A stretch of 50,533 bases of DNA, the filler included, from Bipalium vagum (taxonomy: Eukaryota), in the NCBI GenBank assembly GCA_037834085.1. It is 3 parts of 3 records of this genome, joined end to end, with 100 filler letters (N's around TTAATTAATTAA, not from the genome) between each part and the next. Parts side by side here need not be neighbours in the genome. Positions count along the whole stretch, not along the records: positions 1 to 17,950 come from JBBMKC010045701.1; positions 18,051 to 34,438 come from JBBMKC010113757.1; 1 more part is not named here. One strand, 5' to 3'. The translations under genes and the position numbers were made by a program. The notes below the pieces were generated by a model. That model ran no database searches, was not told the DNA's origin, and saw only the letters and a list, made by a program, of their open reading frames with translations. Positions 15,211 through 26,500 of this stretch are shown here, piece after piece; within the stretch, counting starts at the first letter, position 1; every line of letters starts with the position of its first letter.

Positions 15211-15774
15211 AATCAACATATTTTAGTTTCCTTTAGAGTATTTATATTTAATGAATTTTATCTTAATTAAATATAGTTTTATTACTTCTTATTTTTATTA
15301 TGTTTAAACTGGAAAATAAAAAGGGAATTATAAAAACCAATAAAAAACAATTATACTTTAAAATCGAAATATAATCGACAGATATTTTAAATAGTGAAAT
15401 AGGGCTTTTCCAAGCCCTAAGTCAAGAACTGAATTAACAAGCATGAAATACTATTTATTTCAAAATTTACTCATGTTACAAAATAAATAATTCAACCCTT
15501 GTTTCTAATGAAAATCAATTTTCTTTTAGGGGTTTCCTAATGTCTTTTCTTTCTTATTACCTTAGCTAAACATGTTTTTCGATTACGCTTGGACATTGCC
15601 ACTATTAGATCAATTTAGTCTATTTACTATATTTATTTTAATAAAATATTTTAATTTGCAAATTAAGTTAAAAATTATCAAATTAAACTCATTGGAGTAT
15701 TAAATGAAAATCCAATTTCTAAATCTTTTCTTATATATAATTTGGATTTGAATTATTATTATTATTATTTATAG

Positions 15775-16539
15775 AGAATAAATGGTACTCTCCGTTCCAA
15801 TAACGGTTTTTATGGATCTAACATACAAACGTCTATGGGAGTTATAATAAATGGTCAAGAATTAGATGGTGATAGTGCTGATAGTGGCAAAGGGGCTAGT
15901 GAAGTTGATTTGAGACTACAGCACCAATTAAACATAGGTTTTTATTATAATAATCAATATCGAACGAAATGTTAATGTTTTATAGTTAACCGTAATTATA
16001 CCACAATGCCGTTTTTACATTATTCAACTGCGACAACATCATTTGGCAATTACAATAATCTGTCCCCCAATCAATATTATTCAATAAACACTAATCCCAG
16101 GTCTAAGGATTCAAGATTTCTTGGTGTTAACACAACAAACCTACAAAGCGGAGTGGTAGCATCACCTTCTAATTCCAACTGTCAATGTTTTAGACTACCG
16201 GAAGACGATGTTATTCAAATAAATCAAGAAAATGAATTTTCAATGAATACCTTTACCAATAAATCAAAACTGATAAATCATGAGAACAATTGTATTTACA
16301 TCGGTGACGATATTTCTCAAACTGGTGGTCATTTTTACAAAGATTACACATATGGAGAAGCTTCTGGAAACCCCAATGATTTTGCTGTCAGAGAATCAAA
16401 TGAAGTGTCTAATGACGTAAGAGACATTGACATGTCCTATAACAATCTCACTGAAAACATTCATAATAAAGGTCGCTTTACAGCATCTGATAAGAGTAAT
16501 TTAGACAAAAAATTTTATTCTATTGGAATGGCCAACTGA
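15775..16539 (+). CDS. Last two exons of a host gene; Asn/Ser-rich cytoplasmic-type tail, possibly protocadherin-like (5' exons not found in window)
   Basis: Exon 15775-15937 (RINGTLRSNNGFYGSNIQTSMGVIINGQELDGDSADSGKGASEVDLRLQHQLNI) follows a tttatag acceptor. A 48-nt GT-AG intron (15938-15985) splices in frame into the 16006-16539 ORF. AATAAA at 16601. DSGKGxS resembles the conserved motif in delta-protocadherin tails; the family call is inference. Confidence 0.7.
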
Positions 16540-16600
16540 TTTATTTTAGAAACTTATTTTGTGTTTTTATATTCCATATTTGTACATGTTTATTGATGTA

Positions 16601-16606
16601 AATAAA
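16601..16606 (+). promoter_or_regulatory. Candidate polyadenylation signal of the + strand gene
   Basis: AATAAA 62 nt after the stop codon; weak evidence in such AT-rich DNA. Confidence 0.4.
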
Positions 16607-17093
16607 TTGTAAATTGTAAATCAGTTACGGACCCCAGAATTACTATCTGAGAAAAGTGAATTCTACTACTTACAGTTTATGAAGCAATTCATCTCTAAGT
16701 TAGTCAATAATTATATTTTTATATTATATTTATTTTACATATATTAAATGTTTCATAGTTTTTCAGTTTTCGCGGTTAATTTTAATTTTAATATGTAGAA
16801 TGATTTTTTAATCCTTCATGATATCATGATCAGCTGGATATTTACAGTAGAATAATAGTTGATCTCTGAACGATTTTATAAAATAACGTTTATTTCTAGT
16901 TGAGTATCAGTTTCCAATGAATAGATTCCGAATAGTGGAAATAGATTCCAATAAAAGAAAAGAAATCCTTTTCTTAAGGCCCTTTTCAAGGAAATTTTGA
17001 TAAAACCCCTTAATGGATGAAAATAAAAGAGATCAAGGTAAACCCCTATATGGACATTAATTAGACGACTTGGTTGTCTAAATATAGATAATA

Positions 17094-17192
17094 CGCTAAA
17101 ACCTGTTAAATTGAACACTGCTTGTGTGCTGATCAAAATTTGTCAATTGAACGAATGCTCAGATAACTCAAGTGTTCAATTTTACAGGTTTG
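17094..17192 (+). mobile_element. Partial pogo/Tigger-type MITE related to 36283-36458
   Basis: aaacctgttaaattgaacac...agataactcaagtgttcaa aligns by eye over about 85 bp with the left half of the 36283 MITE. Confidence 0.6.
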
Positions 17193-17271
17193 AAATATTT
17201 TTTATTATTACTAATATTAATATTATAATTATTAATATTAGTAATAATAAAAAATATTTGAAACCTGTAAA
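17181..17271. repeat. AT-rich near-perfect palindrome (42-bp arms, 7-nt spacer)
   Basis: 17181-17222 and the reverse complement of 17230-17271 match at 41/42 positions. Confidence 0.92.
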
Positions 17272-17409
17272 GAGCTTATATTTTACAGAACCTGATTATT
17301 GAAATATTTTCAAACAACAAATATTGTTTTTTAATCGTAAAATCAATTTAAAATGGTTTTTAACTTAATTTATTATTAAATACAAGAATAATGATTTTAT
17401 AATGATTTA

Positions 17410-17880
17410 TATCCTCGAATGGTTGTGAATGACTGAGTTCGCGTTTCTGTCGTCGATTCTGCAAGATTCTCTGAGCTTTAGTTGTCGATCCTTTTTCTGC
17501 CTGTTGTGGATTTTAGTTATGCCTTTTTATATCCAATTCGAAATCCAATTTCCTGAAATTGTTTCAATTATTTTAATTGCTTTCCGAGCGTTGGTCTTGT
17601 AATTGATTGAGCCTTGAATAAATTGAGATAATTGTTTTCTGTATTGACCACGAGTTGAATTCGATTGTTCCTGGATAATTGGTCTATTATCTGTTATTAC
17701 GAATTTTGCCCAAATTATCCCAAGTTAATCTGCGTCCTGTTCTTAATTGCTTTGTGTTGACTTTAGCTGTCTTTCTGGAGCTTCGGCGAGTTTGATTGTT
17801 CTATTGTCGCGTTTCCCGTTGTTTGTGGTCGTTTTCGTTGTTCGTTTTGTCTTGTTCTTGTGTGTTTAAACTATTTTTTG
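17410..17880 (-). mobile_element. Possible 5' remnant of an early-branching (R4-like) non-LTR retrotransposon ORF
   Basis: Purine-rich minus strand with RTGRRLTWDN, RGQYRKQLSQ and ITRPTLGKQLK, resembling the R.KWT...GYR...TEQRL..Q N-terminus of R4/Dong-type ORFs; frameshifted. Confidence 0.4.
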
Positions 17881-17950
17881 CTTTTAATTTATATTAAAAA
17901 TTTCTTTTAAAATTTAATATTAGTAACTTTTTGTTACTAATTTAGATTTT

Positions 17951-18050
17951 NNNNNNNNNNNNNNNNNNNNNNNNNNNNNNNNNNNNNNNNNNNNTTAATT
18001 AATTAANNNNNNNNNNNNNNNNNNNNNNNNNNNNNNNNNNNNNNNNNNNN
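17951..18050. other. Scaffold gap: 44 N + TTAATTAATTAA + 44 N
   Basis: Self-complementary six-frame stop linker centred in N runs; assembly artefact. Confidence 0.97.
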
Positions 18051-18972
18051 GTTGGATGCTTAATCGTTGGTGAAATGCACTTTGGTGAAAACTCTTCATT
18101 CGGAAAACGACGAACGAAAGAATTACCACTATGATTGTCGATGGTAAATGTGGATTCGTCAATAAACAAAACATTATTCCACTCTTCTGAAGTCCAATGA
18201 AGGTGTTATTTAGACCATCTTAAACGATGCAGTCGTTGCTTTTCCGTTAATAACGGTTTTTTTCTAAGACGACAGCCACGAAGACCAAAACTTTGAAGCC
18301 TTTTCCTCACGGTTGAAGTGCACACTGCCACACACGTTGATTCGGACCATATTTTTGTTAATTCTGCTGAATTCAGATTTCAATCTGCAAGGCTAAACCT
18401 TCTTAACATTGTGTCGTCCCTTGCGGAAGTTTTTTTCGGACGCCCGGTTCGCTGTTTGTCGTCTATTTTCTCCGTATCCTTGTATTTTTTTAATAGTTCT
18501 GATGACTGATGACTGATTAAATTTCACGATTTCTGCAATTTCACGATTAGATTTTCCTTCTTTATGGTAAAAAACAATGAAATAACGTTGTTCATCACAT
18601 AATTTCATTGACATTTTAATTACTAAAAAAAGTTATAAAAAACTCAGAGATTTACAAAATATGCACGATTTATACTTACAAGTCTTCTATAACTTTCTAC
18701 GAGCAAATAGTTTTCAATAACAAATAATTTTACAGTTATTGTAATATTAAAATGGATGAAAACTATAATTTTAAATTAGTTAAGTTTATATCAGAAATAT
18801 TTTTACACCGTAAAAAAAATAATCCCTTGTAAATATATTATATTACGTATACTATATTATTATCATCTCAATACATTTCATAAAATTAAAATATAAAATA
18901 ATCTTGATATCGGCATTAAATGTTTAAAAAATCAAGATTTTTAGGGTGATGCAAGACATTTTACCATCACTG
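18051..18972 (-). mobile_element. Tc1-like transposon, 5' half with left TIR, truncated by gap
   Basis: TA|CAGTGATGGTAAAATGTC terminus at 18972. ATG at 18614, HTH SNREIAEIVKFNQSSV, then after one frameshift RTGRPKKTS, KKPLLT and NVLFIDESTF; one premature stop. Confidence 0.92.
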
Positions 18973-19478
18973 TAAATTATCTTTTAGGTCTTTTTAAAAC
19001 TTAACAGCGTATTTAATATTGTATTTTTGAGGTTAATATTTTTATTAACCAACTTTCCAAAACTTCCCCAAGTTCACATGAATCATTCATTATTTTATTA
19101 ATATTTTTTATATATTTTTTATTCTTTTAATCAATGAATTATTAAACAAAAAGAAGAAAAAAGGAAAATATTAATTCTTTTATTATAATATTAATTATTT
19201 TTTTAATATTATTAAAATCATTTCCTTAATTTTACAGTTATATTCCAAATAAAATTTCAATTATTTTGAAATTTTTTTACCATTATTACTTTTAAAATCA
19301 TGACTATTACTGGCATCATGATTCACATTTCATTACTATTTTTACATTTTCTAATTTTTATTTAAGAAATATTTAACCTTTAAACAAAAAGAGGAAAAAC
19401 AAAGGAAAAAAAATTTTTTTTTCTTATAAAATTAATTATATTTATAAGACACCTTGAAACCAACTACCAATAAAGAAT

Positions 19479-20238
19479 TGTGAGTGGAGGAAGATTGCCT
19501 GAATTAAATAAGATCGTTTATTGTTTTTGGATGTAGAAAGGAGGGTCAACTATCTGTTTACTTTTTGAAATTATGATAATCCCTTTGACAAATCACATAA
19601 TGCAGACAATTATTTATTAGATTAAAACCAAGATATCACAAAAACGTCGATACTAGTCACACAATATCTCACGATCAGTTAATAATTAATCAACACCTCT
19701 TCGAGTAGTATCAGCAAGGTATCGAAATGGAAAGATCTCCAAGCTTGGAAGGTTAGCAATGAGTCACATAGCTGGTAGCTGACCGTGCTCAAAGTAACCC
19801 GGACACAGCATCGAATGCTTCGTTAATCGTATCTTTCAAAATCGTCAAATAATTTTCAGTAATAAAGTTTTTAATACATCAACAGTTATATCGCTCTTTC
19901 CCAGCTCTGTGAGGTCTTTTTATAGTCCCCAACAACCAATCAGAGCTCCCAGATCTGGAAGCTCGTCTAATTCGTCTCTCTTATTATATTTTCGGGTTGC
20001 GACAGCAGCTGATGCTGCAGAAAGAAAACACAACATAAAATAGTAATTGAAGTATAATAATCTATCTACCTTTCAAAAACTCTCTAATTCGGCTTTTATT
20101 CTCATTAGCCTATTCGGAAATAAAAATAAGCATTGAATCCCTTGTAGAACGTAAATTGATTAATTCATATCTGCCTCTTTAGTTAGAAAAATAATATATT
20201 ATTATTTTTTGTTGTTATTATATGTGAAAAACCTAACA
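19479..20238 (-). mobile_element. Candidate solo LTR
   Basis: TG...CA ends with short imperfect inverted termini (TGTGAG / CTAACA). On minus: CCAAT box (19936-19940), TATAAAAA (19924-19917) and AATAAA (19522-19517) in LTR order. No TSD seen. Confidence 0.5.
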
Positions 20239-20653
20239 CGTTTATTTTTTAATTTATTTTTATTAAAATGAAAAAGAAACATGTTTAAAACATTTTTAAA
20301 AAAAGAGATGTGAAAGATTCGAAGTCCAGAAAAGAAATTTTAATTAATTTTTCCGTGGAAAATTTTCAAAATTACAATTTAGGTTTCAAAGATTTTCTTA
20401 ATACATATTCAACTCTATTTTTAATGTTTTGTTCTTTTCTATTTATTTTCTAGGTACAGATAAAAACTGGTAAAAATATTAGTATACACGATTGAATAAA
20501 ACATAAATTGAAGTATAAATTGAAAAAATCTTTTTATTTAATTTAATATATAAAATTTTTAGAAGAATATAAAATTTGTGATAACCTTAAGATTTTATTT
20601 TTTTAATTTACCGAAACCATTGAAAAGTACATGCAGAAAAATTGTTTTTTAAT

Positions 20654-21151
20654 CTAAATAGATGTGGTTGACTCTAATTTAATATAATTTTCTGGGTTGT
20701 TTATTGGTATTGGTACTCGCGTTAATTGAGTAGGAAATTGGGGAAGATGAATAGAGTCTCCACCATTAATATATTCGTATGATATAGGTGATTTCATAGA
20801 TTGATTGGTGTAAGGAGATGGAATGTGTTCGTGCGGAGAGTAGCAAAGGTATTGAGAAACTTGATCATGCAGAGTATTTGATTGATAATCGTTCGTGTTC
20901 TGAATTGGGTATGAGATTGTGTAATTTATCATATCTGGATGTATAAGATTCATAGAAAGATTCATTCCATTGATATTTGATGGTCCTACCAAAATATTAT
21001 CGGGAAGACAATTATCAGTGAATTTGTAAACGTATCTTTCTCCAGGCACCTTTTGCATGATGTTCTTGTCGTAATAATAACGAAGAGATCGACTTAATTT
21101 GTCGTAGTTCATAGCAGGACGATTTTTCTGAGCTCCCCACAAACGAGCAAC
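20654..21151 (-). CDS. ETS gene coding exon 4 (recognition helix, wing and C-terminal tail)
   Basis: CTAAC branch-like motif plus ttgttcag acceptor at 21152; [27 protein letters not shown]; TAG stop at 20656-20654. Confidence 0.95.
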   Translation of the reverse strand, partial: VARLWGAQKNRPAMNYDKLSRSLRYYYDKNIMQKVPGERYVYKFTDNCLPDNILVGPSNINGMNLSMNLIHPDMINYTISYPIQNTNDYQSNTLHDQVSQYLCYSPHEHIPSPYTNQSMKSPISYEYINGGDSIHLPQFPTQLTRVPIPINNPENYIKLESTTSI

Positions 21152-23567
21152 CTGAACAAATCGTTAGTTTAGTTTGTTATTCCGGTTCGTATTGTTTTCC
21201 AAAAGTAGACATGAGATTGAAAAAGAATGAAAATAAATAAATAATAAAAAAATTTAAAAATATTAATATTTTATTCAACTTCAAAAATTCAAATTTTGGT
21301 AATTCACCGAAACTTTACAAGTTTAATTTGATGCTGGTATATTCCTTAGACCGCGCGATCCTTGTAAACATGTATCTTGTCTTACTGGAATATCCTGATG
21401 GCATCCTTGCATAAAACAACATCAGCGATCTTGGAAATCGGTTAAGAATAGATTCATGATGTGATTATTTCTACGGTATCGCACACTACTTTCTTTGTCT
21501 CTTACCAATGCCGATAATTTTTAAACAATCATAATTAAAATAATCACAAATTCATGAATAAAAAGCGAAATTGTAATGTGGAATGCTGGTAAATTTTCTG
21601 TGAATTAAAACACAAGTATCTTAATTTTCAGTTAATCAAAGCTCCACAGTATAATGTTCATAACATAATAATATTACTAAAATAATTATTATTATTATGC
21701 TTTTTATTACAGAAGATATAAAATAATATTTATATCTCAAAATATTAAATATGAATAATATAAATACTAACAAACAGAATTTCAATTCAAAATACAGTTA
21801 TAAAAGAACCTTTTTCTGTTTCAATTATTAATAATTCCTATAATGTTAAGATAATAATAATATTAATAATAATACTAAAATTAAAATAATCATTGTAATA
21901 TTAAAATAATTATTATTAACCAATTATAATTGGTTAAAATCAAAATTATATTAAAATTTATAATTAATTTTTTAATGCATAAAATCATTTTGAGAAAAAA
22001 AATTGTTATAACAAAATGAATATCTGCAATCAAAAATTTAAGGAAATTAGATTGAAAAAATTTGTAATAAAAGTAAAGCTTGGAGCGATGTTAATTTGAA
22101 GTTTCGCTTGAGATTCAGTTCTTAATCCATCTGATACTTTAGACTAGAACATTACTTAAATCATTATATAAAGAGATAGAGCGAGTTCATGTGTAGAGAA
22201 ACAAAGATATTATGAAACCAATTTAAGATAATAATAACATATCGGAATGTATAAGACTATCAGAAAGATTAAATTCCCTGATACTTGACGTTCAACAGAG
22301 ATATCGTCAAATGATAGTGATGAGAAAATTTTTAATTTTGTCCATGATCCTCATTATTGTCAAAGTTTAAATTAATATTTTTCGTAACGGATTTTTTTAA
22401 AGGAATAATTTTGATATTTTCTCCCAAGGTTTTAAGGAATTATCAAAGGATGATGAAGAAATTAAAATACATGCTACAAAATTCATAACTTATTCTCGAA
22501 TTCAAATTTTCAAAAATGTGCCAGCAATCAAAGGAATGCCTAAGATGTGTGATGGAATATTTTAATATCTTTTCCTTGAGATTTATGTGTAAAAAAATAA
22601 TTAAATTTACTTCTTCCGGTTCAATCAATTTAAATTCCTTATTTCTTCCAGTCCAACAAATAACTCGCGAATGTCTACTGTCATGCAATAGAGATAGTAA
22701 AAACTGCCAGAGCTGAGGATTTCCTCTTTCAGCTATGCCTTTGGAATTGTTGGTACACGATCGGGAATTGTTATTGGAAATGTTAGAACGAGAATTAGAA
22801 TTGAAGTTCGATTCCGACAAAAATGAAGGAGATGATTCCTCACATGAAAACTGAATAGTACTATTGGAACTGTTTATTAATCCCGAGTATTCTAAAATTA
22901 AATAGTTGAATGAAAAAGTCTTTTCACTTTATGGTTTTTTCACTTTATCTTTGAGGAAAATTTAGAAAAAGTATTCTTCTAATTTTTAAAGCTTACCTAT
23001 ATTATTAGCCAAAAATGCTACATCTCCGTTTCCAGAATTTTCTGATGTTATATAGGAAATGTTGTTACTGTTCACCATTGATACACTTGGTTGAGAAATA
23101 CTGAAAGATATATGTATCAATTTCATCTGCATTTTACTTTTGACAAAAATGTAGAGTCCTTCTTACAAAATAATCGCATTTTATTATGATTATTAAATTA
23201 TTAATTTTGTTCGCAATACAATAAAAATTGAAAATCAATTTTAATAAAATCTATAACTCGAAATCAATATTTAATTATCAAATCAAACTCACCTGGTCAT
23301 TAATCCATTATTATTGTCAAAAGTTCCTGGAAATATCTCACTTGCTAATTCGCATTCGCCATAGTTGAATCTTGAATCTAATCGTATCAGAGATTCCGGT
23401 CTGTCGGAAATGTGACCGTGAAAATCTGCACCTCCAATTCCACATAAATTGATGCTTGATTGACAAAAACCCTCTACGTCACCCGAGTATGGTAATGATT
23501 GGCGTAAATACAGATCCGGCACGCCAGGAAGTTGAGAGTCGAGGTTACCTCCGGTATTGAGATTCAT
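20654..23567 (-). CDS. PEA3/ETV4-like: PEA3-subfamily (ETV1/ETV4/ETV5, Ets96B-like) ETS transcription factor; 4 coding exons, 385 aa
   Basis: Exons (minus): 23567-23293, 23100-22997, 22891-22611, 21151-20654. All introns are GT-AG (192, 105, 1459 nt) with compatible phases; CDS totals 1158 nt. Spliced ETS domain [39 protein letters not shown]|[44 protein letters not shown] closely matches the PEA3-group consensus. An in-frame TGA lies 3 codons upstream of the ATG. Confidence 0.93.
21353..21515 (-). mobile_element. Merlin (IS1595/ISXO2-like) transposase N-terminal remnant in ETS intron 3
   Basis: [39 protein letters not shown] resembles the Zn-ribbon region (H.M.L...DRWRC...C...I..R..TW..GS) of eukaryotic ISXO2-like transposases. 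Confidence 0.55.
22611..22891 (-). CDS. ETS gene coding exon 3 (Ser/Asn-rich linker plus N-terminal half of ETS domain)
   Basis: Acceptor ttttag at 22892; ends ...EFKLIEPEE|GTAAAT; contains LWQFLL and WTG motifs. Confidence 0.92.
22997..23100 (-). CDS. ETS gene coding exon 2 ([35 protein letters not shown]); absent from the ORF track
   Basis: Acceptor tctttcag at 23101; donor G|GTAAGC at 22996; 104 nt, open and in frame with both neighbouring exons. Confidence 0.82.
23293..23567 (-). CDS. ETS gene coding exon 1 ([12 protein letters not shown]...GLMT)
   Basis: ATG at 23567; donor AG|GTGAG at 23292; 275 nt, phase 2. Confidence 0.8.
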
Positions 23568-26500
23568 TGGAATTCAATTTGTATATTTGTATGAGGATAA
23601 TAAATCAATTGTGAACCCGATCCTGTCTTCATTTGATGCACATGTATTTCAGATATAAAATTGCTTCAATGCCATTGGTCAGAAAAGCGGCTAATATGAC
23701 ATGTACGACATACACACCAATACACATTATTCTTTATTTACTCAATTAAATTCTGAAATTCACTTTCTGTCAGATATAAAGTGACAGATAAAAAATCGCT
23801 GTCAAAGTTACATGAAAAACATAAAATTTTATGTAATAATTAAATTAAAATTAAATCCAGGAAAAGATCACGAAAATTTAATAATATTATTTCTAATTTA
23901 TTAAAAGAAAATTACCGAAGAAAAAAGATCAGGTGGATGGACTTTTCTGATTATATGTTACCAGGAATTCCAGTGGTCAATGTGGTAGTTGCGGACAATA
24001 GTATCAGGTTGCCTGACCCGCATTTATAATCGAATTACATAGCTTCTCACTATTATTAAAGAAATTAATTGTTTTCTAGCTGAAATATTGCCTATTTACC
24101 ATTTTTATGTATGTAAGGAAACATTTCTGATAATTTTTTGATATTCTGATTTCGATTTCCTTGCTCATTTGATAAAAAATGATCAATAAACAAAAATTTC
24201 CCCATTAAAAATTTTTTTGAACAAATGTTTTTTTATTATTATTTTTATAAAAATATACACATATATATTCTTTTGATTTTCAGGAAATATTTCCTAGTGA
24301 TACCAATAGAAAATTGGTATTCAATTTAAGACAAAGATTTTCATTCCCAAATAACAATGAACAATATAGAATTGGAAAATAGTTAAAGGAAATGAAGAGA
24401 TGTGCTACATTCATATATAGAAAAATTATGTCATACACATTTATGAACACTCATTAAAGTCCATTCTCTTCAGACTTTACCAAATGTTAATCAAAACATA
24501 TATATCGATCCTTTTCACTTCAGAAATATTAATTAAAATTTATTTGATAATTTGCAGAAATATTTTAATGACATTTCCCAATCTATAAATTCAACCAAAT
24601 CAAGAGAGTTGAATAATTAAATCGTCAAAGGGAAATTTTACGTTACTTCCGTCTTTGGAATTGATAAATAAACAATTATTATTCCACTAGTCCTCTATAA
24701 CCATCCTCCAATAATTGATACCGGTTACATCACCATAGAAAACCAATTATGGAAAGTTAGTTAATAAATGACTGACTTAGTTGTAAGGATAATTGCCTCA
24801 GTTATCATGCATAATTGTTCTAATTGTCGTACTATTATTATTAACATGCACAAAAATAAGGATATTTGTCAAACGAGTCTGCATTGTGTGTATGTACACT
24901 GCTTAACCGATCCAATGGCTCAGCACATGTTTACACACACAACTGTTCAGTGTTAGTGTTTGTAAGTGTGTATTGTATACGACAGTAATTATATTGGTAT
25001 TATTTCATTGGTTTTCAATCTGACATAAGATAGGGTTTTTTGTTCATTATTTTGTCTGCGGTCTATTTTCTGTTTCAGAATTTAGCACAACTCTACGAAA
25101 AATTTGCAGACAAACTTTTGGAAAATATCTTTTGGTTTCATTTTCTAAAACTTAAATCTTGGATTTAGTTCACAACATTTTCCCTGAATAATGAGTCTTC
25201 TTTACAAATTGTATAGTATAATGAAATTATTATTTCTGGTAATAAAGTTGAATGCGATTTAATTTTCTTTACCAAATTTTTTGAAAATAAGTACCATAAT
25301 TTATTTTATGTATTAGAAGAAACTGTCATGGAATTATTCATAATTTTATAGACTGAATCTTTGCTAAAACAAAATAATATTGCAAGTTATTATAACGTAA
25401 AAAAAAGTCTTAATTAATCAAATATAGATTACTTCAAAATTTTTAAATCTTAAGACCAGAACTAAATATTTACTAAAATATTTTACTCTTCAGTTCCGTT
25501 AAAACTGATTTGATTTTGCTTTCTTCATTTCTCATCGGAGCCAGTCGGTGTAAGGTAATATTATCTTTATATTTTACTTTTCAACCTTTACAATGTTCTT
25601 TACTTTGGATGTTTATGAAGTCTAGGTTTATAAATAACTCATAGAAAGAACCTATACAATTTATGGCCATTTCTAATTGAAATTTACACTTAATTAAGAA
25701 TCTCAACTATTTAATCCAATATTTAGCTTACTAGAATATTATTTTTGCCAATAATAAATGATCTTTGAAAATATTTTTTTGAGAACCCCTCTATGTGACT
25801 TTGATGAATTATTAAAAAGCATAAATTAGTTAAAAGGTATAAGACATGACAACATTAAGTTCCGAGAATGATATGGTCACAATTATTATTTATTGCCGTT
25901 ATTATCTTATCAAATATGAATACTTTTAAGGTTGCAGGAAATTGATACACCCTAATAAAAGATATATCTATTCCTAAAATATCATTATGATAACCAGATA
26001 CAGAAGAATCTAGAGAAAATGGAGGATATTTAATTATAAAATAGTCACAGTTATTCCATAGGTTGATGATTAAAGAATTTTTTTAAAAAAATTTGATTTT
26101 ATTGTTTACTTTTAACAAAAGACATTGTCCACACTTAAAATGACTAAAAACCGTAGAAGATATAGAGTATTTTTAATTAATAGAATAGGGAAATGAATAA
26201 GGTATTTGACCAAGGAACAGTTAATGATCATGTGTTACAACTATGATATAAATGTTTTCACTGGGAAAATGAAATTCTTGAATGTCATGAAGATCGCATC
26301 CAAAATTGACAAGGAACAGCTAAAAAAGGTAACCGAAGAAGATTCATACAAAACCATCATAGAAACTCAATGTCAACAATGCAACTATACTCCTTCATTT
26401 AAATCAAATTAAGAGGGTAAAAACATTGAATAAATATGAAAAATAGAAATAAACAATATTAATTGAGTGAATATGAATTATTAATAAACGACACTACTGT

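Noticed and set aside
22443-22610. C-terminal part of ORF-track protein 22443-22820
   Set aside because: Read-through into intron 3; the real frame splices at PEE|VAR.
26206-26412. 68-aa ORF ending in a CxxC
   Set aside because: Non-ATG start, no splice context or recognisable domain; probably a TE relic or chance.
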